A stretch of 64,000 bases of DNA, from NCBI GenBank assembly GCA_943372745.1, contig CALRZV010000006.1, forward strand, positions 19,985 through 83,984, in the 5' to 3' direction. Below, piece after piece: positions 52,055-62,189 of the stretch (the stretch's first letter is position 1; the number at the start of each line of letters is the position of its first letter). This DNA comes from Bradyrhizobium ivorense (GTDB lineage Bacteria > Pseudomonadota > Alphaproteobacteria > Rhizobiales > Xanthobacteraceae). The notes under the pieces are model-generated. The model worked only from the letters and a program-made list of their open reading frames with translations, was not told the origin of the DNA and did not search any database. The position numbers were made by a program, and so were the translations under genes.

Positions 52055-52082
52055 GCGGAGGAGAGGGGCATCTCTCCTCCGC
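52055..52082 (+). terminator. Hairpin between pstS and pstC (partial terminator or mRNA stabiliser)
   Basis: Perfect 11-bp stem GCGGAGGAGAG/CTCTCCTCCGC followed by TTCTT. Confidence 0.6.
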
Positions 52083-52181
52083 TTCTTCCGGATTGATTTC
52101 TCGTCTTCGAGCTTCGCGCCCTGACAGGCCCATTCAGGGTGTCGTGTTTCGGGTATCAGTTAACAACACAGGGGACTGGGC

Positions 52182-53180
52182 GTGGCAGATATGGCCGTAC
52201 AGAGCTCTTCGATGGACGCCGCCGGACCGTATGACCGCGCCAAGGCGCTCAACGCATTCAAGGCCGGCGACCAGATCTTCTACTGGCTGACGCGCATCGC
52301 CGCACTGTCGGTTCTATTCATTCTGGGTGGCATCATCCTGTCTTTGATCGCCGGCGCCTGGCCGGCCCTCAAGGAATTCGGTTTCTCTTTCCTGTTCACC
52401 CAGCGCTGGGCGCCTTCGGCTGATCCTCCGGTGCTCGGCGCGCTCGGCCCGATCTACGGCACGCTGGTCACCTCGCTGATCGCAATGACCATCGCTATTC
52501 CGGTCGGCATCGGCATCGCCATCTTCCTCACCGAATTGTGCCCGATCTGGCTGCGTCGCCCGATCGGCATGGCGGTCGAACTACTGGCCGGCATTCCTTC
52601 GATCATCTACGGCATGTGGGGCTTCTTCGTGCTCGGCCCGTTCCTGGCCAACCACTTCCAGCCGTTCCTCATCTGGGCGTTCGAAGGCGTGCCCGTGCTC
52701 GGCACAATCTTCGCCGGTCCGCCGTCCTACCTCTCGCTGTTCAATGCCTCGCTGATCCTCGCCATCATGGTGCTGCCCTTCATCACGGCGATTTCGGTCG
52801 ACGTGTTCAAGACCGTACCGCCGGTGCTGAAGGAAGCGGCCTACGGCGTCGGCTGCACCACATGGGAAGTCGTTCGCAACGTCGTCATTCCCTATACCCG
52901 GGTTGGTGTGATCGGCGGCGTCATGCTGGCGCTCGGCCGTGCGCTCGGCGAGACGATGGCGGTGACCTTCATCATCGGCAACTCGTTCCGCATCACCGGC
53001 TCGATCTTCGGTCCAGGCACCACGATCTCCGCAGCCATCGCCTCGGAATTCGCGGAGAGTGACGGTTTGCATCAGTCCGGCCTGATCCTGTTGGGCCTGC
53101 TGCTGTTCGTGCTCACCTTCCTGGTGCTGTCGGCTGCGCGTCTGATGCTGCTGCGCCTCGAAAAGAAGGCAGGGAGCTAA
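52182..53180 (+). CDS. pstC: Phosphate ABC transporter permease PstC
   Basis: ELLAGIPSIIYG, LKEAAYGVG, RALGETMAV. Confidence 0.95.
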   Translation: MADMAVQSSSMDAAGPYDRAKALNAFKAGDQIFYWLTRIAALSVLFILGGIILSLIAGAWPALKEFGFSFLFTQRWAPSADPPVLGALGPIYGTLVTSLIAMTIAIPVGIGIAIFLTELCPIWLRRPIGMAVELLAGIPSIIYGMWGFFVLGPFLANHFQPFLIWAFEGVPVLGTIFAGPPSYLSLFNASLILAIMVLPFITAISVDVFKTVPPVLKEAAYGVGCTTWEVVRNVVIPYTRVGVIGGVMLALGRALGETMAVTFIIGNSFRITGSIFGPGTTISAAIASEFAESDGLHQSGLILLGLLLFVLTFLVLSAARLMLLRLEKKAGS

Positions 53181-53183
53181 ATC

Positions 53184-54038
53184 ATGAGCACCGTCAATCC
53201 GATTTACCTCGCCCGCCGCCGCAACGACATGATCATTCGTGGTCTCTGCATCGGCGCGACCTTGTTCGGCGTCACCTGGCTGGCGCTGATCCTGTTCACG
53301 CTGTTTTACAACGGCCTTGCCGGCCTCAGCGTACAGATCTTCACCCAGAACACCCCGCCACCCGGCTCAACGGAAGGCGGCCTGCTCAATGCCATCGTCG
53401 GTTCGGTCATCATGACCGTGATCGGTGTCGGCATCGGTGCACCGCTCGGCCTGCTCGCCGGAACCTATCTCGCGGAATACGGCAAGCACGACAAACTCAC
53501 TTCGGTGATCCGCTTCATCAACGACGTGCTGCTGTCCGCGCCCTCGATCATCATCGGCCTGTTCGTCTATGGTGCGGTGGTGGTACCGATGGGAGGCTTC
53601 TCGGCACTCGCCGGCGCGCTGGCGCTGGCCGTGATCGTGATCCCGGTCGTGGTTCGTACCACCGAAGACATGCTCGGCCTGGTGCCCAATCCGTTGCGTG
53701 AAGCAGCCTCGGCGCTCGGTTTGCCGCGCTCGCTGGTGATCAAGCGGATCGCCTATCGTGCGGCGCGCGCCGGTCTCATCACCGGTGTGTTGCTGGCGAC
53801 GGCGCGTGTGGCCGGTGAAACCGCGCCGCTGCTGTTCACGGCGCTGAGCAACCAGTTCTTCAGCCTGGATCTCAGCAAGACGATGGCCAACCTGCCGGTC
53901 ACCATCAACAACTTCGTTCAGAGCCCTTACGAATATTGGAAGCAGCTCGCCTGGAGCGGCGCGCTGATCATCACCCTGACGGTCCTTGCCCTGAATATTG
54001 GCGCGCGCATTCTCGGCGCCGAGAGGAAATACACATGA
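53184..54038 (+). CDS. pstA: Phosphate ABC transporter permease PstA
   Basis: [29 protein letters not shown]. Confidence 0.95.
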   Translation: MSTVNPIYLARRRNDMIIRGLCIGATLFGVTWLALILFTLFYNGLAGLSVQIFTQNTPPPGSTEGGLLNAIVGSVIMTVIGVGIGAPLGLLAGTYLAEYGKHDKLTSVIRFINDVLLSAPSIIIGLFVYGAVVVPMGGFSALAGALALAVIVIPVVVRTTEDMLGLVPNPLREAASALGLPRSLVIKRIAYRAARAGLITGVLLATARVAGETAPLLFTALSNQFFSLDLSKTMANLPVTINNFVQSPYEYWKQLAWSGALIITLTVLALNIGARILGAERKYT

Positions 54039-54859
54039 GTGATCTTTCGGTTTCCGCCAGTCCCAGCGTTACGATGCCGCCCCCGTCACTCATGCAGAGC
54101 GACGCGCGTCCGAAGGTCAGCGTGCGCGACCTCAACTTCTACTATGGTGAAAATCGCGCGCTGACGAATATCAACCTGAACCTCGCGGCCAATCGCGTGA
54201 CTGCCTTTATCGGCCCGTCCGGCTGCGGCAAGTCCACGCTGCTGCGGATCTTCAACCGCATGTTCGACCTCTATCCGGGTCAGCGCGCCGAAGGTCAGGT
54301 CATGCTCGACAACCAGAACATTCTGGACCCGAAGCTGGACGTCAATCTGTTGCGGGCGCGCATCGGCATGGTGTTCCAGAAGCCGACTCCGTTTCCGATG
54401 ACGATCTACGAAAACATCGCCTTCGGCATCCGCCTCTATGAAAAGATCTCCAAGTCGGAGATGGACGTGCGTGTCGAGAAGGCGCTGCGCGGTGGCGCAT
54501 TGTGGAACGAAGTCAAGGACAAGCTCAATGCGTCCGGTTTGAGCTTGTCGGGCGGTCAGCAGCAGCGTCTCTGCATCGCACGCACCATCGCCGTGCGTCC
54601 GGAAGTCATCCTGTTCGACGAGCCGTGTTCGGCGCTCGATCCGATCTCGACGGCCAAGGTCGAGGAACTGATCGACGAATTGAAGAACCATTACACCATC
54701 GCCATCGTCACCCATAACATGCAGCAGGCGGCTCGCGTGTCGGACACGACGGCCTTCATGTATCTCGGTGAACTGGTCGAGTTCGATCAGACCAACAAGA
54801 TCTTCACCTCACCGACCGATCGCCGCACCCAGGATTACATCACCGGCCGTTTCGGCTGA
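54035..54859 (+). CDS. pstB: Phosphate ABC transporter ATPase PstB
   Basis: [40 protein letters not shown]. Confidence 0.96.
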   Translation: MSDLSVSASPSVTMPPPSLMQSDARPKVSVRDLNFYYGENRALTNINLNLAANRVTAFIGPSGCGKSTLLRIFNRMFDLYPGQRAEGQVMLDNQNILDPKLDVNLLRARIGMVFQKPTPFPMTIYENIAFGIRLYEKISKSEMDVRVEKALRGGALWNEVKDKLNASGLSLSGGQQQRLCIARTIAVRPEVILFDEPCSALDPISTAKVEELIDELKNHYTIAIVTHNMQQAARVSDTTAFMYLGELVEFDQTNKIFTSPTDRRTQDYITGRFG

Positions 54860-54887
54860 CGCGATACAATCGCGAGAGGATTGACCT

Positions 54888-55598
54888 ATGGCTTTTGAAC
54901 ACACGACCAAGGCCTTCGATGACGATCTCCAGGAGCTCACCCGTCTCGTCGCCGAGATGGGTGGCCTGGCCGAGCGCCAGATTGCGGAATCCGTCGATGC
55001 CCTGATTCGCCGCGACGTCGCCCTCGGCGCACGCGTGGTGGCCGCCGACGCGGAGATCGACAATCTGCAGCGCCTGATCGAGGAACGCGCCGTTCTGACC
55101 ATCGCCAAGCGGCAGCCGATGGCTGTCGATCTGCGCGAGATCGTGGGCGCGCTACGCGTCGCCACCGATCTCGAACGGATCGGCGATCTCTCCAAGAATA
55201 TCGGCAAACGCGTCAATGCGCTGGACAGCGATTTCCATCCGCTGAAGCTGATCCGCGGCCTCGAGCACATGACGGATCTGGTGAACACCCAGGTCAAGGC
55301 CGTGCTCGATGCCTATGCCGCGCACGACCTGCCGGCCGCAATGACCGTCTGGAAGGGCGATGAAGAGATCGACGCGATCTGCACCTCGCTGTTCCGCGAG
55401 CTGCTGACCTATATGATGGAAGATCCGCGCAACATCTCGTTCTGCATCCATCTGATGTTCTGCGCCAAGAACATCGAGCGGATCGGCGATCATGCGACCA
55501 ATATCGCGGAGACGGTTTTCTACATGATCGAAGGTCAACCGCTGATCGACAAGCGCCCGAAAGGCGACATGACCAACTTTGCAAGTCCGGTGAGCTGA
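54888..55598 (+). CDS. phoU: Phosphate signalling protein PhoU
   Basis: QPMAVDLR, DLERIGD, IERIGDHATNIAE. Confidence 0.96.
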   Translation: MAFEHTTKAFDDDLQELTRLVAEMGGLAERQIAESVDALIRRDVALGARVVAADAEIDNLQRLIEERAVLTIAKRQPMAVDLREIVGALRVATDLERIGDLSKNIGKRVNALDSDFHPLKLIRGLEHMTDLVNTQVKAVLDAYAAHDLPAAMTVWKGDEEIDAICTSLFRELLTYMMEDPRNISFCIHLMFCAKNIERIGDHATNIAETVFYMIEGQPLIDKRPKGDMTNFASPVS

Positions 55599-55651
55599 GG
55601 CTTGCTGCGACCTGCGCGCCTTTGAATGAACGACAGATAGGAACGAGCCAC

Positions 55652-56356
55652 ATGAACGCGCGCATTCTGGTAGTGGAAGACGAGGAAGCTCTGACCACGC
55701 TGCTGCGCTACAATCTCGACGCCGAAGGTTACGATGTCGAGACGGTTGCCCGCGGTGACGATGCCGATACGCGCCTGAAAGAGCGTGTCCCGGACCTCGT
55801 GGTTCTCGACTGGATGTTGCCCGGTCTGTCCGGCATCGAACTGTGCCGTCGCCTGCGGGCGCGGCCGGAGACCAAAGCGCTGCCCATCATCATGCTCACC
55901 GCACGCGGTGAGGAGAGCGAACGCGTCCGCGGCCTTGCGACCGGTGCCGACGATTACATCGTCAAGCCGTTCTCGGTGCCGGAATTGCTGGCGCGGGTGA
56001 AGGGGCTGTTGCGCCGTGCAGCGCCGGAGCGCCTCGCCACGGTGCTCGCCTTCGGTGATATCGAGCTCGATCGCGACAAGCGACGCGTTGTGCGCGCATC
56101 GCGGCCGATCGATCTCGGTCCGACGGAATATCGCTTGCTCGAGTTCTTCCTCGAGCATCCGGGCCGGGTGTTCAGCCGCGAGCAACTGCTCGACAGCGTC
56201 TGGGGGCGCGACATCTACATCGACGAACGTACCGTCGATGTGCACATCGGCCGTCTTCGCAAGCTGCTGAATCCGACCGGCGAACCCGATCCGATCCGCA
56301 CCGTCCGCGGCGCCGGCTACGCCCTCGACGACCGCTTCGACAAGGCGGCGGAGTGA
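55652..56356 (+). CDS. phoB: Phosphate-regulon response regulator PhoB
   Basis: LDWMLP, GADDYIVKPF, GPTEYRLL, RTVDVHIGRLR, RTVRGAGY. Confidence 0.96.
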   Translation: MNARILVVEDEEALTTLLRYNLDAEGYDVETVARGDDADTRLKERVPDLVVLDWMLPGLSGIELCRRLRARPETKALPIIMLTARGEESERVRGLATGADDYIVKPFSVPELLARVKGLLRRAAPERLATVLAFGDIELDRDKRRVVRASRPIDLGPTEYRLLEFFLEHPGRVFSREQLLDSVWGRDIYIDERTVDVHIGRLRKLLNPTGEPDPIRTVRGAGYALDDRFDKAAE

Positions 56357-56362
56357 TTTCTT

Positions 56363-56514
56363 CCTTCTCCCCGCTTGCGGGGAGAAGGTGGTCACGCGCA
56401 GCGTGACCGGATGAGGGGACTCTCCGCGGGCTCGAAGCGCGTGGAGAGTCCTCTCACCCGACGCCAAAATGCTTCGCATGTGGACGCCGAACTCTGCCCG
56501 CAAGCGGGGCGAGG
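56363..56514. repeat. Family A composite element (152 bp), inverted relative to 41190
   Basis: CCTTCTCCCCGCTTGCGGGGAGAAGG...GGATGAGGGG...CCTCTCACCC...GCGGGGCGAGG. Confidence 0.85.
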
Positions 56515-56522
56515 TTCGAACA

Positions 56523-56551
56523 AAAATGCCCGGCTCATCACCGGGCATTTT
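56523..56551. terminator. Bidirectional terminator-like hairpin downstream of gcrA
   Basis: AAAATGCCCGG-CTCATCA-CCGGGCATTTT. Confidence 0.7.
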
Positions 56552-56572
56552 CTTGATGCTCTGTGTGCGAGC

Positions 56573-57082
56573 CTATCGCATCGGCTTCGGCGCCGCGCGG
56601 CGGCGGTCGCTGGCGGGTTGATAGGCGATGCGCGAGTGGTGCGCGCAATAGGGCGCGCCTGCGACCGACTTGCCGCCGCAGAAATAGAAATCGCTGGTGG
56701 CCGGATCGCCCACCGGCCAATGGCAGGTGGCGTCGTTAAGCTCGACCAGCTGCAGGCGCTGGCTGATCGGAATGACGTTATCGACCGAGATCGGATCCGG
56801 CTCCATCTCGACCTGATAATCATGGGCGAGGGCCGTGTTGCCGCGGGCCACCGGGCGCGGCATGCGCACCATCTGCTGGGCCGGACGCGGCTTTCGCGGG
56901 CGCGGCGCAGCCGATGACGGGCTTTTCGCCCGTCCGGAGAGGCCGAGCCGGTGAACCTTGCCGATCACGGCGTTGCGGGTCACGTTGCCGAGTTCCGCTG
57001 CGATCTGGCTGGCGGACAGGCCGCCTTCCCAGAGTTTCTTGAGCTGTTCGACGCGATCGTCGGTCCATGTGATTACCGTCAT
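56573..57082 (-). CDS. gcrA: Cell-cycle regulator GcrA
   Basis: WTDDRVEQLKKLW, SASQIA, TRNAVIGKVHRLGLS, CHWPVGDP, YCAHH. Confidence 0.96.
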   Translation of the reverse strand: MTVITWTDDRVEQLKKLWEGGLSASQIAAELGNVTRNAVIGKVHRLGLSGRAKSPSSAAPRPRKPRPAQQMVRMPRPVARGNTALAHDYQVEMEPDPISVDNVIPISQRLQLVELNDATCHWPVGDPATSDFYFCGGKSVAGAPYCAHHSRIAYQPASDRRRAAPKPMR

Positions 57083-57156
57083 CGCTAAAATCCCTTCGTA
57101 GGCGTCAGCCGGTCGGCCGACGCCGCGACTTGAAATCCTTGAAAACCTCGTTGTCA

Positions 57157-57369
57157 GAATCCCTTAGCGCTCACCGGAGGCATGACTGCTTCCGGCCTTA
57201 CGCCGTACCGATGGTGTACAAGGGTCTACTGCCGCACGAGATGTCGTATCCGACAGGTCAAAAACTACATGATGCCGCGACTCACGCGCAAGAGTCGGCT
57301 GAGTCACATCCACATGCTTTCTGTCAACTAAGCATCAAAATCTGGAGTTTCTGCGACTTTGTGTGACTC
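57157..57369. promoter_or_regulatory. Cluster of five GANTC (CcrM) sites in the gcrA/argD intergenic region
   Basis: GAATC 57157, GACTC 57279, GAGTC 57292, GAGTC 57301, GACTC 57365. Confidence 0.6.
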
Positions 57370-57387
57370 CAGCGCCTCAGTGCGCGG

Positions 57388-57415
57388 TTGACACCCTGTG
57401 CAGCCCCCATAGAAT
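57388..57415 (+). promoter_or_regulatory. Sigma70-type promoter facing argD
   Basis: TTGACA-N16-TAGAAT. Confidence 0.6.
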
Positions 57416-57423
57416 AATGCGCG

Positions 57424-57457
57424 CGTGCCGCCCGAGAAGGGCGGCACGTTTCGTTTT
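57424..57457 (+). terminator. Terminator-like hairpin in the argD leader
   Basis: Perfect 10-bp stem CGTGCCGCCC/GGGCGGCACG, 5-nt loop, then TTTCGTTTT. Confidence 0.6.
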
Positions 57458-57541
57458 GAGGGTCCGTCGTCCCTTGTCGTACGCGTGTCATCACCTGTAC
57501 CCGACATCGGCAGGACCGCAGACTGATTGATCGGAACTGTT

Positions 57542-58765
57542 ATGACCAGCAACGCACCATCCTCGCAGATCTCTCAGGCCCATCTGCTGCCTGTCTTCGC
57601 GCGCGCGGATGTTGCTTTCGAGCGCGGTGAGGGGGCCTGGCTGATTTCGACCACCGGCGAGCGCTATCTCGATTTCACCAGCGGCGTGGCGGTCAATGCG
57701 CTTGGCCATGCCCATCCGCACATGGTTGCTGCGCTGCAGGAACAAGCCACCAAGCTGTGGCACATGTCGAACCTGTTCAAGAGCCCGGACGGCGAGCGCC
57801 TCGCCGCGCGCCTGTGCGAAAACTCGTTCGCCGATTTCGTGTTCTTTGCCAATTCCGGCGCTGAAGCGATGGAATGCGCGCTCAAGGTCACGCGGCACTA
57901 TCATTTCGCCAAGGGGAACCCGGAACGCAGCCGCATCATCACTTTCGAAGGCGCGTTCCACGGCCGCACGCTCGGCACGCTGGCGGCTACCGGCGCTGCG
58001 AAATATCTCGAAGGCTACGGCAAACCACTGGAAGGCTTCGACCAGGTTGCGCTCGGCGATCTCGACGCCGTCAAGGCAGCGATCGGTCCGGAGACCGCCG
58101 GTGTCCTGATCGAGCCGTTGCAGGGCGAAGGTGGCGTGCGCGCGGCGTCCAATGCGTTCTTCAAGGCGCTGCGGGAGCTGTGCGATCAGCACGGCATCCT
58201 GCTGATCTTCGACGAAGTGCAGACCGGCATGGGCCGCACCGGCACATTGTTCGCTTATGAACGGCTCGGCGTCACGCCCGACGTGATGTCGCTGGCGAAA
58301 GCGCTCGGTGGCGGCTTCCCGATTGGGGCTTGCCTCGTCACGGCCGCGGCGGCCGAAGGCATGGCGCCCGGCTCGCACGGCTCCACGTTCGGCGGCAATC
58401 CGCTCGCTGTGGCGGCGGCCAACTCCGTGCTCGACGTGATGCTGCAGCCGGGCTTCTTCGATCAGGTGAAGCAGAAGTCGCTGCTGCTGAAACAGAAGCT
58501 TGCCAGCGTGGTCGATCGGTATCCGACCGTGCTGTCGGAAGTCCGCGGCGAAGGCTTGCTGGTCGGCCTCAAGGCTATGGTACCGGCCGGTGATCTCGTA
58601 GCTGCGCTGCGCGAAGAAAAATTGCTGACGGTGGGCGCCGGCGACAATGTCGTGCGTTTCCTGCCGCCATTGGTGGTGACCGAGTCCGATATCGAACAGG
58701 CACTGACCAGTCTGGAACAGGCCTGCACTGTGCTCGCCAATGCAAACGAAAAGGGAGCCGTGTGA
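57542..58765 (+). CDS. argD: Acetylornithine aminotransferase (alternative TTG start at 57527)
   Basis: [25 protein letters not shown]. Coupled to argF. Confidence 0.93.
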   Translation: MTSNAPSSQISQAHLLPVFARADVAFERGEGAWLISTTGERYLDFTSGVAVNALGHAHPHMVAALQEQATKLWHMSNLFKSPDGERLAARLCENSFADFVFFANSGAEAMECALKVTRHYHFAKGNPERSRIITFEGAFHGRTLGTLAATGAAKYLEGYGKPLEGFDQVALGDLDAVKAAIGPETAGVLIEPLQGEGGVRAASNAFFKALRELCDQHGILLIFDEVQTGMGRTGTLFAYERLGVTPDVMSLAKALGGGFPIGACLVTAAAAEGMAPGSHGSTFGGNPLAVAAANSVLDVMLQPGFFDQVKQKSLLLKQKLASVVDRYPTVLSEVRGEGLLVGLKAMVPAGDLVAALREEKLLTVGAGDNVVRFLPPLVVTESDIEQALTSLEQACTVLANANEKGAV

Positions 58766-59703
58766 TGAGCACGTCTCCGCGCCATTTCCTCGACCTCACG
58801 GCGGTATCTGCCGCCGAGCTGCGCAACATTCTCGATGCAGCCGGTGCCATGAAGGCGAAGCTGAAGAGCGAGAAGGGCAGCAACGTCGATCCCGAGCGCC
58901 CGCTCAAGAACAAGACGCTGGCGATGATCTTCGAGAAGCCCTCGACGCGCACCCGCGTCTCGTTCGAGGTCGGCATGCGTCAGCTCGGCGGTGAAGTCGT
59001 GATGCTGACCGGCGCCGAAATGCAGCTCGGTCGCGGCGAGACGATTGCCGATACCGCGCGGGTGCTGTCGCGCTTCGTCGATATCATCATGATCCGCATC
59101 CTCAATCACGACTCGCTGATGGAGCTGGCGAAAAACGCTACCGTTCCCGTCATCAACGGCCTGACGCGGTTCTCGCATCCGTGCCAGGTGATGGCCGACG
59201 TCATGACCTATGAGGAGCATCGCGGCGCCATCAAGGGCCGCACCGTGGCGTGGGTCGGCGACGACAACAATGTGCTGATGTCCTGGGCGCACGCCGCCGA
59301 GCGCTTCCACTTCAAACTCAACATCGCGACCCCGCCGCAGCTGTCGCCGAAGAAGGCGTTCAAGGATTGGGCGAAGGCGTCCGGGGCCGACATCACCTTC
59401 TCGCATGATGCCGCGGCGATGGTGAAGGGCGTCGACTGCGTGGTCACAGACACCTGGGTATCGATGGGCGACAAGGAAGGCGAGACGCGTCACAATCTGC
59501 TCAAGCCGTATCAGGTCAATGAGCGGCTGATGGGGCTGGCGAACAAGGACGCGCTGTTCATGCACTGCCTGCCCGCACATCGCGGCGAAGAGGTCACCGA
59601 TGCTGTCATCGATGGTCCGCAGTCGGTGGTGTTCGATGAAGCTGAGAACCGCCTGCATGCGCAGAAGGGCATTTTGGCCTGGTGTTTGAACGCGGTGAAG
59701 TGA
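58762..59703 (+). CDS. argF: Ornithine carbamoyltransferase
   Basis: PSTRTR, HPCQ, SMG, HCLP, AENRLH. Confidence 0.96.
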   Translation: MMSTSPRHFLDLTAVSAAELRNILDAAGAMKAKLKSEKGSNVDPERPLKNKTLAMIFEKPSTRTRVSFEVGMRQLGGEVVMLTGAEMQLGRGETIADTARVLSRFVDIIMIRILNHDSLMELAKNATVPVINGLTRFSHPCQVMADVMTYEEHRGAIKGRTVAWVGDDNNVLMSWAHAAERFHFKLNIATPPQLSPKKAFKDWAKASGADITFSHDAAAMVKGVDCVVTDTWVSMGDKEGETRHNLLKPYQVNERLMGLANKDALFMHCLPAHRGEEVTDAVIDGPQSVVFDEAENRLHAQKGILAWCLNAVK

Positions 59704-59738
59704 ACGCTGCGCTTTAGCTGATTGTTGCCGTTACTCAT

Positions 59739-59841
59739 TGTCATCGCCCGGCTTGACCGGGCGATCCAGTAAAAGCTGTCGTTAGTGATAGAACCGTACC
59801 GTATGTGTGTACTGGATCCCCCGCTTTCGCGGGGGATGACA
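59739..59841. repeat. Family B palindromic element, 103 bp
   Basis: TGTCATCGCCCGGCTTGACCGGGCGATCCAGTA...TACTGGATCCCCCGCTTTCGCGGGGGATGACA. Confidence 0.85.
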
Positions 59842-59853
59842 TGTAGAGTTTGA

Positions 59854-62067
59854 TCAGGCCGCCGCCTTCTTCGGAGCGAAACGCTCGTAGAACGTCTCGC
59901 CTTTCGCCGCCATGTCTTCCAGCAGTTTTGGCGGCGTGAAACGCGAGCCGTATTTGGCTTCGAGTTTGTGGCACAGCGCGACGAAGTTCTTGGTACCCAT
60001 GAAGTCGATATAGCTCAGCGTGCCGCCGGTGAACGGGGCGAAGCCGAAGCCGAGAATCGAACCGACATCGGCCTCGCGCGGATCGACGATCACATTGTCC
60101 TCGACGGTGCGCGCAGCTTCCACGGCCTGCACCACCAGGAAGCGCTGCTTGAGCTCCTCAATATCGATGGTGTCGGGATCGAGTGGCTGCGGCAGCAATG
60201 GCGCGAGGCCTTTCCACAACGCCTTCGAGCCCTTGCCCTTCGGCGGATAGTCGTAGAAGCCCTTGCCGTTCTTGCGGCCGAACCGCTCCTGCTTCTCGAC
60301 CATCTCGACGATCAGCTTCTTCTGCGCCTGGTCCACCGCCTGCGAACCGAGATCGGCCTCGGTGGCCTTCATGATCTTCAGCACCAGATCGAGCGCGATC
60401 TCGTCCGACAGCGACAACGGGCCGACCGGCATGCCGGCCATCTTGGCGGTGGTCTCGATCATCGCCGGCGGCACGCCCTCCAGCAGCATTTCGAGGCCTT
60501 CGGCGGTGAAGCGCAGCACGCAGCGATTGGCGAAGAAGCCGCGCGAGTCGTTGACCACGATTGGCGTCTTGCCGATGACGCGGATGTAGTCCAGCGCGGT
60601 CGCCAGCGCGAGATCGCCGGTGTTCTTGCCGACGATGGTTTCGACCAGCATCATCTTCTCGACCGGCGAGAAGAAGTGGATGCCGATGAATTTCGACTGG
60701 TCGGCAAATTCCTCGGCCAGCGAGTTGATCGGCAGCGTCGAGGTGTTCGACGCCATGATGGCGCCTTCCTTGAGCAGCGGTTGCACCTTTTTGTAGATCT
60801 CGGCCTTGACGGCGCGATCCTCGAACACCGCCTCGATGACGAGGTCGCACTCTTTGATCACGTTGAAATCCGCGGTCGCGGTGATCTTTGCCATCAGCGC
60901 ATCGCGATCGGCGTCCTTGGCGCGGCCCTTGGCGATCAGCCCGTCGATCACCGACTGGCAATGCGCGCGGCCCTTGTCGGCCGACGCCTGGTCGCGGTCG
61001 ATCAGCACGACATCGATGCCGCCCTTTGCAGAAACGTAGCCGACCGACGCACCCATGAAGCCGGCGCCGATGATGGCGAGTTTCCTCACCTTGGTCGGCG
61101 GCACGCTCGGAGGACGCCGCGCGCCCTTGTTGAGTTCCTGCATCGACAGGAACAGGCTGCGGATCATCGCCGCCGCTTCCTTGGTCTGCAGGATATTGGC
61201 GAAGTAACGCGACTCGACGCGCAGCGCTGCGTCCATCGGCAGCTGCAGCCCCTCATAAACACACTGCATCACAGCGCGCGCCGCCGGATAATTGTCGAAC
61301 GTCTCGCGGCGATAGATGGCGTTGCCGGCGGGGAACATCATCATGCCCTGCTTCGAATAGACCGGGCCGCCGGGCAGCTTGAAGCCCTTCTCGTCCCACG
61401 GCGCGATAGGCTTGCCGCCGGCCTTGATCCACTCTTTCGCGGTTGTGATCAGATCCGCCGCCGGCACCACGGCGCCGACGATGTTCATCGCCTTGGCCTT
61501 GGCGAGATTGATCTGATCGCCCTTCAACAGCATCTGCATCGTATCCTGCGGCTGCAGCATGCGAGCAAGGCGCTGAGTCCCGCCGGCGCCGGGGAACAGC
61601 CCGATCTTGATCTCGGGCAGACCGAGCCGGGTCTTCGGATTATCCGCAGCGACGCGGTAGTGACAGGCCAGCGCGACTTCGAAGGCGCCACCGAGCGCGA
61701 GGCCGTTGATCGCCGCGACCCAGGGCTTGCCGGAAGTCTCGATCTTGCGCAGCGTCAGGGACAGCTTGCGGCTCTCGTCGAACAGCATCTGCTGCGCGGG
61801 TTCCTCGCCCTTGGTCCTTCTTGTTTCGGCGAAGACCTTGTTCATGCCTTCCAGCATCGACAGATCCGCGCCGGCCGAGAACGCGTCCTTGCCGGATGTG
61901 ATGACAACACCCTTTACGCCTGCATCGGCGGTGGTTGCATCGACGATGGCACCGAGTTCCTCGATGGTCTTGCTATCCAAAACATTCATCGAACGGCCGG
62001 GAATGTCCCAGGTCACCAGCGCGATGCCATCGGCGTCGGTCTCGACCTTGAAGTTCGCGTAAGTCAT
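59854..62067 (-). CDS. Multifunctional beta-oxidation enzyme (enoyl-CoA hydratase plus 3-hydroxyacyl-CoA dehydrogenase, FadJ/FadB-like)
   Basis: LGGAFE, GLPEIKIGLFPGAGG, GAGFMG, EAVFE, SNTS, HFFSPV. Start reset to MTYANF. Confidence 0.94.
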   Translation of the reverse strand: MTYANFKVETDADGIALVTWDIPGRSMNVLDSKTIEELGAIVDATTADAGVKGVVITSGKDAFSAGADLSMLEGMNKVFAETRRTKGEEPAQQMLFDESRKLSLTLRKIETSGKPWVAAINGLALGGAFEVALACHYRVAADNPKTRLGLPEIKIGLFPGAGGTQRLARMLQPQDTMQMLLKGDQINLAKAKAMNIVGAVVPAADLITTAKEWIKAGGKPIAPWDEKGFKLPGGPVYSKQGMMMFPAGNAIYRRETFDNYPAARAVMQCVYEGLQLPMDAALRVESRYFANILQTKEAAAMIRSLFLSMQELNKGARRPPSVPPTKVRKLAIIGAGFMGASVGYVSAKGGIDVVLIDRDQASADKGRAHCQSVIDGLIAKGRAKDADRDALMAKITATADFNVIKECDLVIEAVFEDRAVKAEIYKKVQPLLKEGAIMASNTSTLPINSLAEEFADQSKFIGIHFFSPVEKMMLVETIVGKNTGDLALATALDYIRVIGKTPIVVNDSRGFFANRCVLRFTAEGLEMLLEGVPPAMIETTAKMAGMPVGPLSLSDEIALDLVLKIMKATEADLGSQAVDQAQKKLIVEMVEKQERFGRKNGKGFYDYPPKGKGSKALWKGLAPLLPQPLDPDTIDIEELKQRFLVVQAVEAARTVEDNVIVDPREADVGSILGFGFAPFTGGTLSYIDFMGTKNFVALCHKLEAKYGSRFTPPKLLEDMAAKGETFYERFAPKKAAA

Positions 62068-62189
62068 CTCGGGTTCCTTTACGGTATGGTAGTGATGAAT
62101 GCGGATACAGGTTGGCGAAGGCTGATCGTTTCGCAATTGCGCGTATTCTGATGCCGTCCAGTCACGAAAACAGAAGCGGCAAAATCAGA

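Noticed and set aside
59968-62151. 727-aa plus-strand ORF
   Set aside because: Antisense shadow of the FadJ-like gene, with no motifs. Typical of high-GC codon bias.
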